Shown: in pieces, positions 47,876-56,507 of the stretch
Position numbering within the stretch: position 1 is the stretch's first letter
How the letters are laid out: each line of letters starts with the position of its first letter
Origin: a virus
Length of the DNA stretch: 64,000 nucleotides
IMG/VR virus record: IMGVR_UViG_3300021961_008712
Span: 64,001 to 128,000 of that record
Direction: 5' to 3' (one strand)
The notes under the pieces: model-generated
What the model was told of the DNA's origin: nothing
What the model saw: only the letters and a program-made list of their open reading frames with translations
Database searches by the model: none
Translations under genes and position numbers: made by a program

Positions 47876-48409
47876 ATGGGTAAACAACTAACATTATTTA
47901 CAGAAGAAGAAATGGGACCTTGTAGCAAGCATGATAACGAGTATGTACCCTTTGTTTCAGAAGTAGAAGAATTCAATGCCATATTTGGCAAACCTAATAA
48001 CTATGAACCAACAATCCCAGCAAAAGCCGAGTGGGAGTTCGTATATAACTTTATACTCGAAGAATTGGAAGAATATAGACAAGCTTGCGAAGACGGAAAC
48101 ATCGTGGAAGTTTTGGATGCTTTGTGTGATATTACTTATGTTTCCCTTGGGAACGGTGTTATGTTACACGGCCTTAAGGATAAGATATGGCCAGCGTATC
48201 AAGAGGTTCAAGCGAGTAATCTTAGTAAAGCTTGCTCTACTGAAGAAGAAGCCGCACAGACTGTCACCGTACGAGCTAAAGAACAGGGTGAGCCTTGTCA
48301 TTATGAAAAAGTTAATGGGAAGTTCATTGTCTACAGAACAAGAGATAGAAAAGTAATGAAATCAGTTAATTACTTTAGACCAGATTTAACTAAGTACTTT
48401 AATGGTTAA
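47876..48409 (+). CDS. MazG-like all-alpha NTP pyrophosphohydrolase
   Basis: EELEEY...EVLDALCDITYV, EVQASNLSK, DRKVMKS..YFRPDL. Confidence 0.8.
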   Translation: MGKQLTLFTEEEMGPCSKHDNEYVPFVSEVEEFNAIFGKPNNYEPTIPAKAEWEFVYNFILEELEEYRQACEDGNIVEVLDALCDITYVSLGNGVMLHGLKDKIWPAYQEVQASNLSKACSTEEEAAQTVTVRAKEQGEPCHYEKVNGKFIVYRTRDRKVMKSVNYFRPDLTKYFNG

Positions 48410-48602
48410 TTTAGAAGATCATATAGTAGTAATTGAAGGTAAAAAGTACGTACCTTATGAACTTGCTGTAGAAGCTTATACTCAAAAGCATGAGTATGAA
48501 GAAAATCAAGCTAAATTTGATGCAGCAATGAAATTAATAGAGACCTCAGTTCAAGATCTTTCACAAGCTTTAAACATCAGTAAACTAACAGGTGAAGAAT
48601 AA
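48402..48602 (+). CDS. Small hypothetical protein
   Basis: 66-aa ORF overlapping its neighbours. Confidence 0.55.
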   Translation: MVNLEDHIVVIEGKKYVPYELAVEAYTQKHEYEENQAKFDAAMKLIETSVQDLSQALNISKLTGEE

Positions 48603-49143
48603 ACCTATATTAATTTTTGGAGATAGTTTTAGTTCCAACTGGGGCAAAGATTCAAGAAGAAGTTGGGTAGATATTATTTCGAAGAAATTTGATGTTGTTA
48701 ATGTCGCGGAAGCAGGAGTAGGAGAATATAAAATTTTTTCTCAAATAAAGTCGTTAGATCTGAATAATTTTTCGTATATTATAGGTAATCATACGTCACA
48801 TTCTCGTGTGCATTCTAGACAGTCAATTCACAATACCGTAATACATGGTAATTGTGATTTACTTTATCTAGACAGTATGCACTTAAAAGAAGCAAGATGG
48901 TTTTTTGAAAATGTGTATGATGATGATTATTTTAAATTTACTTATGAACTAATAAGGGATAAGATTAATAGTAAATTACAAGGTTATAGAAGGTTTATTT
49001 TTGACCCTTTTTATTCAGAATATAAAGACTCAGTAAGTTTTGTAAATAAGTGGAAATTTGATTCTAATAATAAAAATCACTTTGATGCAAAAACGAATAT
49101 TGAGATAGCAGAATTAATAAAAAATAAAATAGTTTATGGTTAG
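48592..49143 (+). CDS. SGNH-like protein
   Basis: IFGDSFS, NVAEAGVG, C-terminal NHF...N...AE. Confidence 0.55.
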   Translation: MKNKPILIFGDSFSSNWGKDSRRSWVDIISKKFDVVNVAEAGVGEYKIFSQIKSLDLNNFSYIIGNHTSHSRVHSRQSIHNTVIHGNCDLLYLDSMHLKEARWFFENVYDDDYFKFTYELIRDKINSKLQGYRRFIFDPFYSEYKDSVSFVNKWKFDSNNKNHFDAKTNIEIAELIKNKIVYG

Positions 49144-49957
49144 AATAGCTCACGAGAGTCCTAAAAGCATCTTTGATACTGTACAGAAGTTTACAGATTA
49201 CGATTATGCATTAGTTCATCTATTTGAAGAAGATGAAGAGTACTTAAATATGTTTAAAAAAGCTGTAAGTAGAGGGAGAGAAGTAATTCTCGATAACTCT
49301 ATTTTTGAGTTAGAAGAAGCTTTTGATGCAGATAGATTTGCATACTGGATTAAAGAATTGAGACCTACTTGGTATATTGTTCCGGATGCATTAGAGGATT
49401 CTAAGCGAACTATGAATCAAATGGCTGAATGGAATATGAAATACTCAAACGTTCCAGGTAAGAAAATTGGAGTTGTTCAGGGTAAGACATATGAGCAAAT
49501 TAAAGCTTGCTACATCTTTATGGATGAAATCGCAAAGGTAGACATGATTGCTATCTCTTTTGACTATTCGTATTATACTGAATCTGTCCCTCATCCTAAC
49601 AAATACGTAAGTTGGATGCTTGGGAGAGTTAAACTACTCGGAGACTTAATGAGAGACGGTGTGATAAACGAGAAGAAGCCTCATCACCTATTAGGATGTG
49701 GATTACCTCAAGAATTCCAATACTATAAACACTCAGACTATAATTGGCTGTATTCCTTAGATACCTCTAATCCGGTAGTACACGGTATTAAGGGTATAGA
49801 GTATAAAGACCAAGGACTTTGGAGTAAAGAATCGCAGAAACTATTTGAGATGATTAATAGTGAAGTAAGTATGGATCAACTTCATCTCATTAAGTATAAT
49901 ATTCAAAAATTTAGATGGTTTACAAATGGGCAGACGGACGTGGATAGCATTTTTTAG
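49136..49957 (+). CDS. dpdA: TGT-fold 7-deazaguanine insertion enzyme (DpdA family, probably DpdA3-like)
   Basis: ILDNSIFE, IVPDAL, GVVQG, HHLLG and SLDTS match the TGT/DpdA barrel pattern; embedded among que genes. Confidence 0.7.
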   Translation: MVRIAHESPKSIFDTVQKFTDYDYALVHLFEEDEEYLNMFKKAVSRGREVILDNSIFELEEAFDADRFAYWIKELRPTWYIVPDALEDSKRTMNQMAEWNMKYSNVPGKKIGVVQGKTYEQIKACYIFMDEIAKVDMIAISFDYSYYTESVPHPNKYVSWMLGRVKLLGDLMRDGVINEKKPHHLLGCGLPQEFQYYKHSDYNWLYSLDTSNPVVHGIKGIEYKDQGLWSKESQKLFEMINSEVSMDQLHLIKYNIQKFRWFTNGQTDVDSIF

Positions 49958-50468
49958 TCAGACAGGCGGAGAAATTGCTGACCTATCAGAAAAGCTTGGA
50001 TTTTGGCCTGATAGAATTATTACAAATGAAAGACCAGATCATCTCAGAACTGTAGATCCTAGAATTGAGAAAAGAGGGTACTTTACTTTTAGTAATAAAC
50101 CAGACCTAGAAGAATATGAAGATCTTCTGGTTTACTTTCCTGGAGCATTAATAACTCTTCACGGTTGGTTGAGAATTATGCCTTCTGAAATCTGTGAGAA
50201 ATTTAGCGTGTTTAATGGGCATCCTGGCTTAATAACATTATATCCAGAACTTAAAGGTAAGGATCCTCAAATTAGAGCGTATGAAGGAAAGTATGAAAAA
50301 ATAGGAGCTGTTTTACATAAAGTTACAGCAGGTGTAGATGAAGGTCCTATAATTGCGGAAGATTATTTTCTTAACGAAGGGTTGGAGCTTAACGATATTT
50401 TTCGTAAATTAAAAGATATCAGTTTATTTATGTGGTTTGTATACTTAACAACGGTTTTAAATGATTAA
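49926..50468 (+). CDS. PurN-like formyltransferase (candidate preQ1 formyltransferase, DpdN-like)
   Basis: FFSQTG, LHGWLRI, NGHPG, LHKVTAGVDEGPII; overlaps dpdA. Confidence 0.8.
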   Translation: MGRRTWIAFFSQTGGEIADLSEKLGFWPDRIITNERPDHLRTVDPRIEKRGYFTFSNKPDLEEYEDLLVYFPGALITLHGWLRIMPSEICEKFSVFNGHPGLITLYPELKGKDPQIRAYEGKYEKIGAVLHKVTAGVDEGPIIAEDYFLNEGLELNDIFRKLKDISLFMWFVYLTTVLND

Positions 50469-50643
50469 ATGTATGGATAAAGAATTTTATTTAGTAAGAA
50501 AAAACGAAAGCAATGCATTTCAAAGATTAATGACGTTCTTTTTAGAACAAAATAAAAAATATGGTGCTGATTTCGGAGTAGCAGGAATGTACAATACTTT
50601 AAATAGGTTTTATGATAAAAAGAATAGCATTAGTAGGGGCTAG
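50461..50643 (+). CDS. Small hypothetical protein
   Basis: 60-aa ORF filling the gap between formyltransferase and kinase. Confidence 0.45.
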   Translation: MIKCMDKEFYLVRKNESNAFQRLMTFFLEQNKKYGADFGVAGMYNTLNRFYDKKNSISRG

Positions 50644-51133
50644 TAGTACAGGTAAGACTACTGTCTATGAACTACTTAAAAATAAATTACCTAAATATGA
50701 ATTCGTAAACGAATCTACTAGAACTGTAGGTAGTTACGGATTTCCTATTAATGAAGAAGGTACTGATGCTACTCAACTGGCTATAAGTAGTTTTCATTTA
50801 GAAGCTTTACTGCAACCTTATAATCTAGTATTGGATAGGTGTTATATGGATTTACTCGTATATTCTAAGTTTATGGATAAATTATCTGTAAAGACATATA
50901 ACTATATTGAAGATATTTGGAATAGAGTTAAAGGTGAATATACTCACTATATCTACTTTCCTATTGAGTTCGAATCAGTAGATGACGGAGTAAGAAGTGT
51001 TAACGAAGAATGGAGAACTAAAATTGATGATGAATTTAAAGCTGTACTAGAAGGAGTTAGACAGCCTTACTTAACCGTTACTGGTTCTCCTATGCAAAGA
51101 GTTGAACAAATATTAAAATTTATAAATGTATAG
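50612..51133 (+). CDS. P-loop nucleoside/nucleotide kinase-like protein (AAA_28/NadR-like)
   Basis: GASSTGKTT, ESTR, VLDRCYMD, DDGVR. Confidence 0.75.
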   Translation: MIKRIALVGASSTGKTTVYELLKNKLPKYEFVNESTRTVGSYGFPINEEGTDATQLAISSFHLEALLQPYNLVLDRCYMDLLVYSKFMDKLSVKTYNYIEDIWNRVKGEYTHYIYFPIEFESVDDGVRSVNEEWRTKIDDEFKAVLEGVRQPYLTVTGSPMQRVEQILKFINV

Positions 51134-51491
51134 ATACGAAGCAAAACTAGTCAGAGTAGTAGATGGAGATACTGCCGACGTAATGATCGATCTTGGCTTT
51201 GACGTTTGGACTAAAGCTAGATTAAGATTTAATGGAGTAGATACTTGGGAAAGTAGAACCCGAAATTTAGAAGAAAAAGAAAAAGGTTTACTTGCTAAAG
51301 AATTTACTGAATCCTACCTAACACGTAATGATGGAAAATTTCAGATTCAATCATTTGGAGTAGGTAAGTACGGTAGAGTGTTAGCAGATATATACATTAA
51401 GGGTGAGGAAAAATCTCTAAATCAACTACTAATAGAAAATGGTCATGCGTATTTTTACGATGGCGGTACAAAACAAATTTTTAAAGGTTAA
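51126..51491 (+). CDS. Thermonuclease (SNase) family nuclease
   Basis: RVVDGDT, R..GVDTWE, GKYGRVLA, N..LIENGHA. Confidence 0.88.
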   Translation: MYRYEAKLVRVVDGDTADVMIDLGFDVWTKARLRFNGVDTWESRTRNLEEKEKGLLAKEFTESYLTRNDGKFQIQSFGVGKYGRVLADIYIKGEEKSLNQLLIENGHAYFYDGGTKQIFKG

Positions 51492-51493
51492 TT

Positions 51494-52402
51494 ATGGAAG
51501 AAGTAAAGAATTATCAAGACGTTGTAGCAATTGCATCTAAACACTTAGGTAAGGTAGGCGGTGATGGGTATAAGGATACTTATGATCCTTCACTACTAGT
51601 TAAAATTCCTCGTATCTTAAATAGAGAAGGATATGGTCTTTCCGGAAAAGAATTTGTAGGAGTTGATGTATGGAATGCTTACGAAGTATCAGCTATTACT
51701 ACTAAAGGTCAACCTGTTGCTGGTATGCTTAAAATCGTATGTCCCGCGAATTCGGAATTTCACGTAGAATCTAAGTCTATAAAATTGTATTTAAACTCTT
51801 TTAATATGACGCAGATTGGTAGTACTGCTGCTGACTGTATTACCGGTATTGAAGCTAGAGTAGAGAGAGACTTAAGAGAACTTTTAGAAGCAGACGTTAC
51901 AGCAAGATTCTTTACCTCAGAAATGGAATTTGAAAGTCTAACTTTCCAGGGATACGATCCTTTAGATCAAATAACTAACTTAGATGCTATAGACTTTACA
52001 GCCTTTAAATCTGATGCTTCTCAACTAGATGTTGAAGAGCATTCATCTAGTACCGAAATAAAGTACTCCTCTAATTTACTTAGATCAAATTGTAGAGTTA
52101 CTAATCAACCGGATTGGGGTGATGTGTTTATTCGAATGGAGGGTAAAAATATTCCCACACCAGAATCAGTAGCTAAGTATATTGTTTCTCATAGAACAGT
52201 TAGTCACTTCCATGAGGAGATATGTGAAATGATTTTTAAACATTTGATGGATGCTTGTAACCCTGATCAGTTAATGGTGGCTTGTTTATATACTCGAAGA
52301 GGAGGTATTGATATTAATCCTATTAGAGCTACACACTCATTATATATACCGGACTTCTTTACTGAGCCTCTATTTACTATTAAGAAGACCCTTAGACAAT
52401 AA
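51494..52402 (+). CDS. queF: NADPH-dependent preQ0 reductase (bimodular type)
   Basis: DVWNAYEVS, VESKSIKLYLNSFN, LLRSNCRVTNQPDWG, FHEEICE, YTRRGGIDINP. Confidence 0.93.
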   Translation: MEEVKNYQDVVAIASKHLGKVGGDGYKDTYDPSLLVKIPRILNREGYGLSGKEFVGVDVWNAYEVSAITTKGQPVAGMLKIVCPANSEFHVESKSIKLYLNSFNMTQIGSTAADCITGIEARVERDLRELLEADVTARFFTSEMEFESLTFQGYDPLDQITNLDAIDFTAFKSDASQLDVEEHSSSTEIKYSSNLLRSNCRVTNQPDWGDVFIRMEGKNIPTPESVAKYIVSHRTVSHFHEEICEMIFKHLMDACNPDQLMVACLYTRRGGIDINPIRATHSLYIPDFFTEPLFTIKKTLRQ

Positions 52403-52412
52403 ATTTAACAGT

Positions 52413-52673
52413 ATGCCAGAAGTACTTATAGAAGAAGAAAAGCAACTAATTGCAACTAGAGTACCACCCGGTGATAACTGGGAATTAGTAATCGATCCAG
52501 GAACTACTATTGAGGGTTTGGTTATGGCTTTAACTATGTACATGCGTAAAACTAAGTTTAAAGGTCATTATAGATTAGAACCCTTAGAAGGTAAACTCTA
52601 CATAATCAAACAAGAAGAAATCATAGTAGAAGAACCAGAACCAATGCTATTCGACTTATATGGTGAATTCTAA
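52413..52673 (+). CDS. Hypothetical protein
   Basis: Likely start is ATG 52413 (MPEVLIEEEKQLIATRVPPGDNW...). Confidence 0.55.
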   Translation: MPEVLIEEEKQLIATRVPPGDNWELVIDPGTTIEGLVMALTMYMRKTKFKGHYRLEPLEGKLYIIKQEEIIVEEPEPMLFDLYGEF

Positions 52674-53242
52674 TGTCCAGACTTTTAAAAAAATATTCTC
52701 TCAAGTATCAGTATCTCAAATTAGAGCATGAGGATACAAAAGAATACTTTTCTACATTAGAAGTTAAGTGGAAAGAAATCTTTGGAAAATATTTTAGTCA
52801 AATAAAAACTGAGATCTGGATTAATGAAGAAACAGGTGAAATAAGAGATACCCCTCCAGGAGAGGAAGAACCAAAAGTAGCTAAACCAGATAAACTGAAA
52901 AAACTATATAGAAAAGCATCTACAAAAGCACACCCAGATAAAGGAGGAACAGAAGAGGAATTTGACCGTATAAAATCTTGTTACGAAAATAATGACTTTT
53001 TAGGATTACTTTCCTATGCTTCTGAAAAAAATATCAATGTAGAAGTAGATGATGAAGATGAAGAGCTTCTCAAAGCCAGTGTATTTGGATTAGAAAAAAG
53101 AATACAGACAATTGAAGCATCGCTCATTTGGAATTTTTTTAAAGGTAATAACCGTATGAAGGTTAGAGTTATTAGACAGCTCGAACACCAGCACAATATA
53201 AAAATAGACGAAAAAGAAATACTAAATCAGTTGGAATCTTGA
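52673..53242 (+). CDS. J-domain (DnaJ-like) protein
   Basis: LKKLYRKASTKAHPDKGGTEEEFDRI with the HPD motif. Confidence 0.75.
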   Translation: MSRLLKKYSLKYQYLKLEHEDTKEYFSTLEVKWKEIFGKYFSQIKTEIWINEETGEIRDTPPGEEEPKVAKPDKLKKLYRKASTKAHPDKGGTEEEFDRIKSCYENNDFLGLLSYASEKNINVEVDDEDEELLKASVFGLEKRIQTIEASLIWNFFKGNNRMKVRVIRQLEHQHNIKIDEKEILNQLES

Positions 53243-53260
53243 ATAAAAGTTCGTATATTT
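53231..53260 (+). promoter_or_regulatory. Promoter TTG-N20-TATATTT
   Basis: Conserved motif upstream of HNH-polA. Confidence 0.6.
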
Positions 53261-53280
53261 AAGTATTAATTAGAAAGGTT

Positions 53281-53649
53281 ATGTGTAAAGTTACATGGTG
53301 TAACACCCCTATAGAAGAAGAAGCTCATTTTGCCACCAAATACTGTAAAGTTCATAGACAGTATCAAACTTACGGTAAAAATGCTCCAGTCCGTCCTTGG
53401 TTATTTTATAAAACGGAAAAAATAGTGGCAGGTAACTTAAAATGTGAGTGTTGCGGTTACGATCCAACTCAATTTTACGATAGAGATTTAAAAGAATTAA
53501 GTGGCTTATTTGATGTAGATCACATAAATTCTAATATTAAACATACTGATGAAGGAGAACAACCTTCTAACTATCAGCTTGTTTGTAAACATTGTCATAT
53601 ACTCAAATCATATGACGAAGGAGATTTTATAAGAAAAGATTTTAGATAA
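53281..53649 (+). CDS. HNH endonuclease
   Basis: CECCG...DVDHI...NYQLVCKHCH. Confidence 0.8.
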   Translation: MCKVTWCNTPIEEEAHFATKYCKVHRQYQTYGKNAPVRPWLFYKTEKIVAGNLKCECCGYDPTQFYDRDLKELSGLFDVDHINSNIKHTDEGEQPSNYQLVCKHCHILKSYDEGDFIRKDFR

Positions 53650-55974
53650 ATGCAATTAGAAAAAAAGTACTACACAGTCCAAGATAGCGAAACTTTAAAG
53701 CTACTATTCCAGCATATTCAAGATTCAGATGTTATAGCAGTCGATACGGAGACTACCGGACTTAATCCTAGGAAAGATAAAATTGTAGGTTGGTCTGTAT
53801 CTGGAGAAGAAGGTATAGGTTTCTATCTTCCTACCTTAGTCTGGAACTTTCAGAAAGATGAATTAGAACTGCAGACTATTGATGATACTTCTACTGAAGT
53901 AATTTCTAAAAATTTACTAAAAGCACTGATTGGAAAAAAGCTAGTATTTCACAACGCTTCTTTCGACGTTCAGTTTATTAATAACTATTTTGGTATTAAC
54001 TTACTACCTAGTGTTTGGGTTGATACTGGATTACTTGTTCATACAGTCTATGAAGAAGGAGCCTTCGGGTTTGGTAGTCCTTTCGGACTAAAATCTATTG
54101 CTATCATGAATCAGGAAGCTCTTGGCCTGAATGTGCAAGAAGCAGCTAACCAAGAGCAGTTGGAACTGAAAGAAAGTATTAAGAAAAATGGTGGTTCTGT
54201 CACTAAAGAAAGTTTTGAAATTTATAAAGCTGATCTGGATATTCTTAGCAAGTATGCTTCAGCTGATACTGATCTTACCCTTCGTATTTGTAATCTTTAT
54301 TTGGGTAAGCTTAGAGACGAAGGTTTGGAAGAATTCTTCTTCAACGAGGAAGTAATGCCAATCTACCGTGAGGTAACTGTACCTATGGAAGCTTACGGTG
54401 TAGATCTTGATATGGAGTTATTAGCTAAAACTTATGCTGAGATTACCGAGGATCAAGAAAAGAATAAAGAGATTGTAATGAAGTCTCTATTAGCTCTTCC
54501 GGAAGTTAAACAGTGGGTAGTAGATACTGCTATGACTAACTACCCTGTATCCCATAAAGGTAATTGGGCTCAAAAATTAGTTGAGAGATACTCTCTACCT
54601 TTACCTAAATCAGAGAAAACAGGCAAGTATACCCTTACTCAAAAAGCTATAGAAGAGTTAGAAGACTCTCCTCAAAAACAGTTTCTTCTTACCGGTGAAA
54701 ACCATTATATTAGTGAAGTAGAGCAAGCTAGAATTTCTATGAGTCTATGGAAAGAGCAAAATGATGGAGAATATCTCAATATTCAATCTAAAGCTCACTT
54801 AGGTGAAATAGTATTTAAATACATGGGTATTAAACCTAAAGTATCTGGTGCTAATACCAAGTCTGGTAGAGATAAGTTTGATATGGATATGGTAGAAGAG
54901 CTAGCTAAAGAGTATCCTTGGGCAGAAAATCTTCGTATCTACAATAAGCTCTTAAAAATAAAGTCTACTTATATTGAACGTTTTGTTAACGGTAATGAGG
55001 ACGGTAAATACTACTTCTACTTTAAGCAGAACGGTACTGTATCAGGTCGATATGGATCAGATGCACAACAGCTTCCTAAACCACTTGAACCAGGTGAAGA
55101 TGCTCCTGTAATAGAGAAGTATGTTAATATTGTTAGAGCATTCCTGATTGCAGGTAAGGGTAGAAAAGTAATTGATTGTGATTATGAATCTCTAGAACCT
55201 CACTGCTTTGCCTCAGTATCCGGTGATGAAAAACTACAAGAGATTTTTAACAATAATTACGACTTCTATTCGTATGTAGCAATACAGACTGAAAAACTTG
55301 AAGGTGTCTCTGCTGATAAATCTGCTCCTAACTACTTAAAGAAGCTAGACCCAGTTAAAAGAAATAAAGCTAAAGCTTATTCGTTAGGGGTTGCATACGG
55401 TATGGAAGCTTATGCTCTCAAAATGACGTTAGATGTTGATCAGAAAACTGCTGAAGGATTAATTAAAGGTTACTTGGATGGGTTTCCTGGTCTTGCTAAA
55501 TGGAGAGAAAATTCTAGACGCCAAGTTAAGGATGAAGGATATATTAAAAACTATGTAGGACGCGTTCGACACTTACCTAGAGTGAAGCAAATTTACTCTA
55601 AGTTTGGTGATAGAATGATGGACTGGAGATTTAGAAAAGAACTAGAGCTACAATACGGTAAAGATCAAGTAATGCAAGCATATCGAGACTATCGAAACGG
55701 ACTTAATAACTGCTTAAACTTTCAGTTGCAGTCTCTTGCCGCTGCGGTTGTTAACCGTGCTGCTCTTGCTATAAACAGAAAAGCAAAAGAACTAGGAGTA
55801 GATGCTTGTGTACAAGCTCAGGTACATGACCAGTTGGTTATTAACGTTAGAGAAGATCAAGCAGAAATGTTTGCTCCTTATGTTAAAGATCTAATGGAAA
55901 GTACCACACAGCTTCCTGGAGTTACTTTGAAAGCACCACCTGAAATTTCAATTAACTGGAGAGATGGACACTAA
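53650..55974 (+). CDS. polA: Family-A DNA polymerase with 3'-5' exonuclease domain
   Basis: DTETTG, FHNASFD, YASAD; TVSGR; DYESLEPH; KAKAYSLGVAYG; QVHDQL. Confidence 0.93.
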   Translation: MQLEKKYYTVQDSETLKLLFQHIQDSDVIAVDTETTGLNPRKDKIVGWSVSGEEGIGFYLPTLVWNFQKDELELQTIDDTSTEVISKNLLKALIGKKLVFHNASFDVQFINNYFGINLLPSVWVDTGLLVHTVYEEGAFGFGSPFGLKSIAIMNQEALGLNVQEAANQEQLELKESIKKNGGSVTKESFEIYKADLDILSKYASADTDLTLRICNLYLGKLRDEGLEEFFFNEEVMPIYREVTVPMEAYGVDLDMELLAKTYAEITEDQEKNKEIVMKSLLALPEVKQWVVDTAMTNYPVSHKGNWAQKLVERYSLPLPKSEKTGKYTLTQKAIEELEDSPQKQFLLTGENHYISEVEQARISMSLWKEQNDGEYLNIQSKAHLGEIVFKYMGIKPKVSGANTKSGRDKFDMDMVEELAKEYPWAENLRIYNKLLKIKSTYIERFVNGNEDGKYYFYFKQNGTVSGRYGSDAQQLPKPLEPGEDAPVIEKYVNIVRAFLIAGKGRKVIDCDYESLEPHCFASVSGDEKLQEIFNNNYDFYSYVAIQTEKLEGVSADKSAPNYLKKLDPVKRNKAKAYSLGVAYGMEAYALKMTLDVDQKTAEGLIKGYLDGFPGLAKWRENSRRQVKDEGYIKNYVGRVRHLPRVKQIYSKFGDRMMDWRFRKELELQYGKDQVMQAYRDYRNGLNNCLNFQLQSLAAAVVNRAALAINRKAKELGVDACVQAQVHDQLVINVREDQAEMFAPYVKDLMESTTQLPGVTLKAPPEISINWRDGH

Positions 55975-56470
55975 TAAAATATTGATCATAGCAAATATAA
56001 GATGTGGAGGAACTACTCTCTTAAGATCACTTGCTTCAAATTATAAATGTCCTGCAATTTTTGAACCTACTAAGTTAGAAGATTTTGGTAATCATGTAGT
56101 AGTTAAAGCAAACGCAGCACAGCATAAAGTCGAAGACCTACTAACCTATTCAGAGAAGTTTGATAGTGTAATTCTTCTTGATCGAAAAAATAAAGAAGAA
56201 CAAATTCAATCTGCTACTTGGATGTTTCATCATAATACTTCTAATGTTAAATGGAAGTGGAATAAGAAATTAGAAGGAACTCCTGCTAATGAAAAAGCAA
56301 TTTATGAAGTAGGAGTACATACAGAAAATTTAGGAATCATTAGCGAGAAGCTAGGTATTGAAATTACATATTATGAGGACATCTATTTTGGAGAAGTATT
56401 AGTTAATGGATTTATTCCTCAAATAAGTAAGAAATTGAGACAAGAAGATACAAAAAAAATAATAATATAG
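55964..56470 (+). CDS. Sulfotransferase-like P-loop protein (paralog of 38143..38736)
   Basis: ANIRCGGTTL, FEP, VILLDR...EQIQS, TYYEDIY, KKLRQ. Confidence 0.6.
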   Translation: MDTNKILIIANIRCGGTTLLRSLASNYKCPAIFEPTKLEDFGNHVVVKANAAQHKVEDLLTYSEKFDSVILLDRKNKEEQIQSATWMFHHNTSNVKWKWNKKLEGTPANEKAIYEVGVHTENLGIISEKLGIEITYYEDIYFGEVLVNGFIPQISKKLRQEDTKKIII

Positions 56471-56500
56471 TTGGATAAAATAGTTAAAAACCCTATATTT
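56471..56500 (+). promoter_or_regulatory. Promoter TTG-N20-TATATTT overlapping a TATTTAT motif
   Basis: Conserved motif upstream of hsp20. Confidence 0.55.
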
Positions 56501-56507
56501 ATTAATA

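Noticed and set aside
28489-48356. Alternative-frame + strand ORFs 28489..28698, 32090..32425, 41833..42033 and 47976..48356
   Set aside because: They are nested in other frames of genes with clear motifs and have no independent support.
48752-48781. Internal promoter within the SGNH gene upstream of dpdA
   Set aside because: TTCGTATATTA matches the downstream element, but there is no TTG at the 20-nt spacing, so support is incomplete.
49136-49957. Canonical tRNA-guanine transglycosylase for queuosine
   Set aside because: It is shorter than bacterial Tgt, lacks the C-terminal CxCxxC zinc site, there is no queA/queG in the window, and it is coupled to a formyltransferase.
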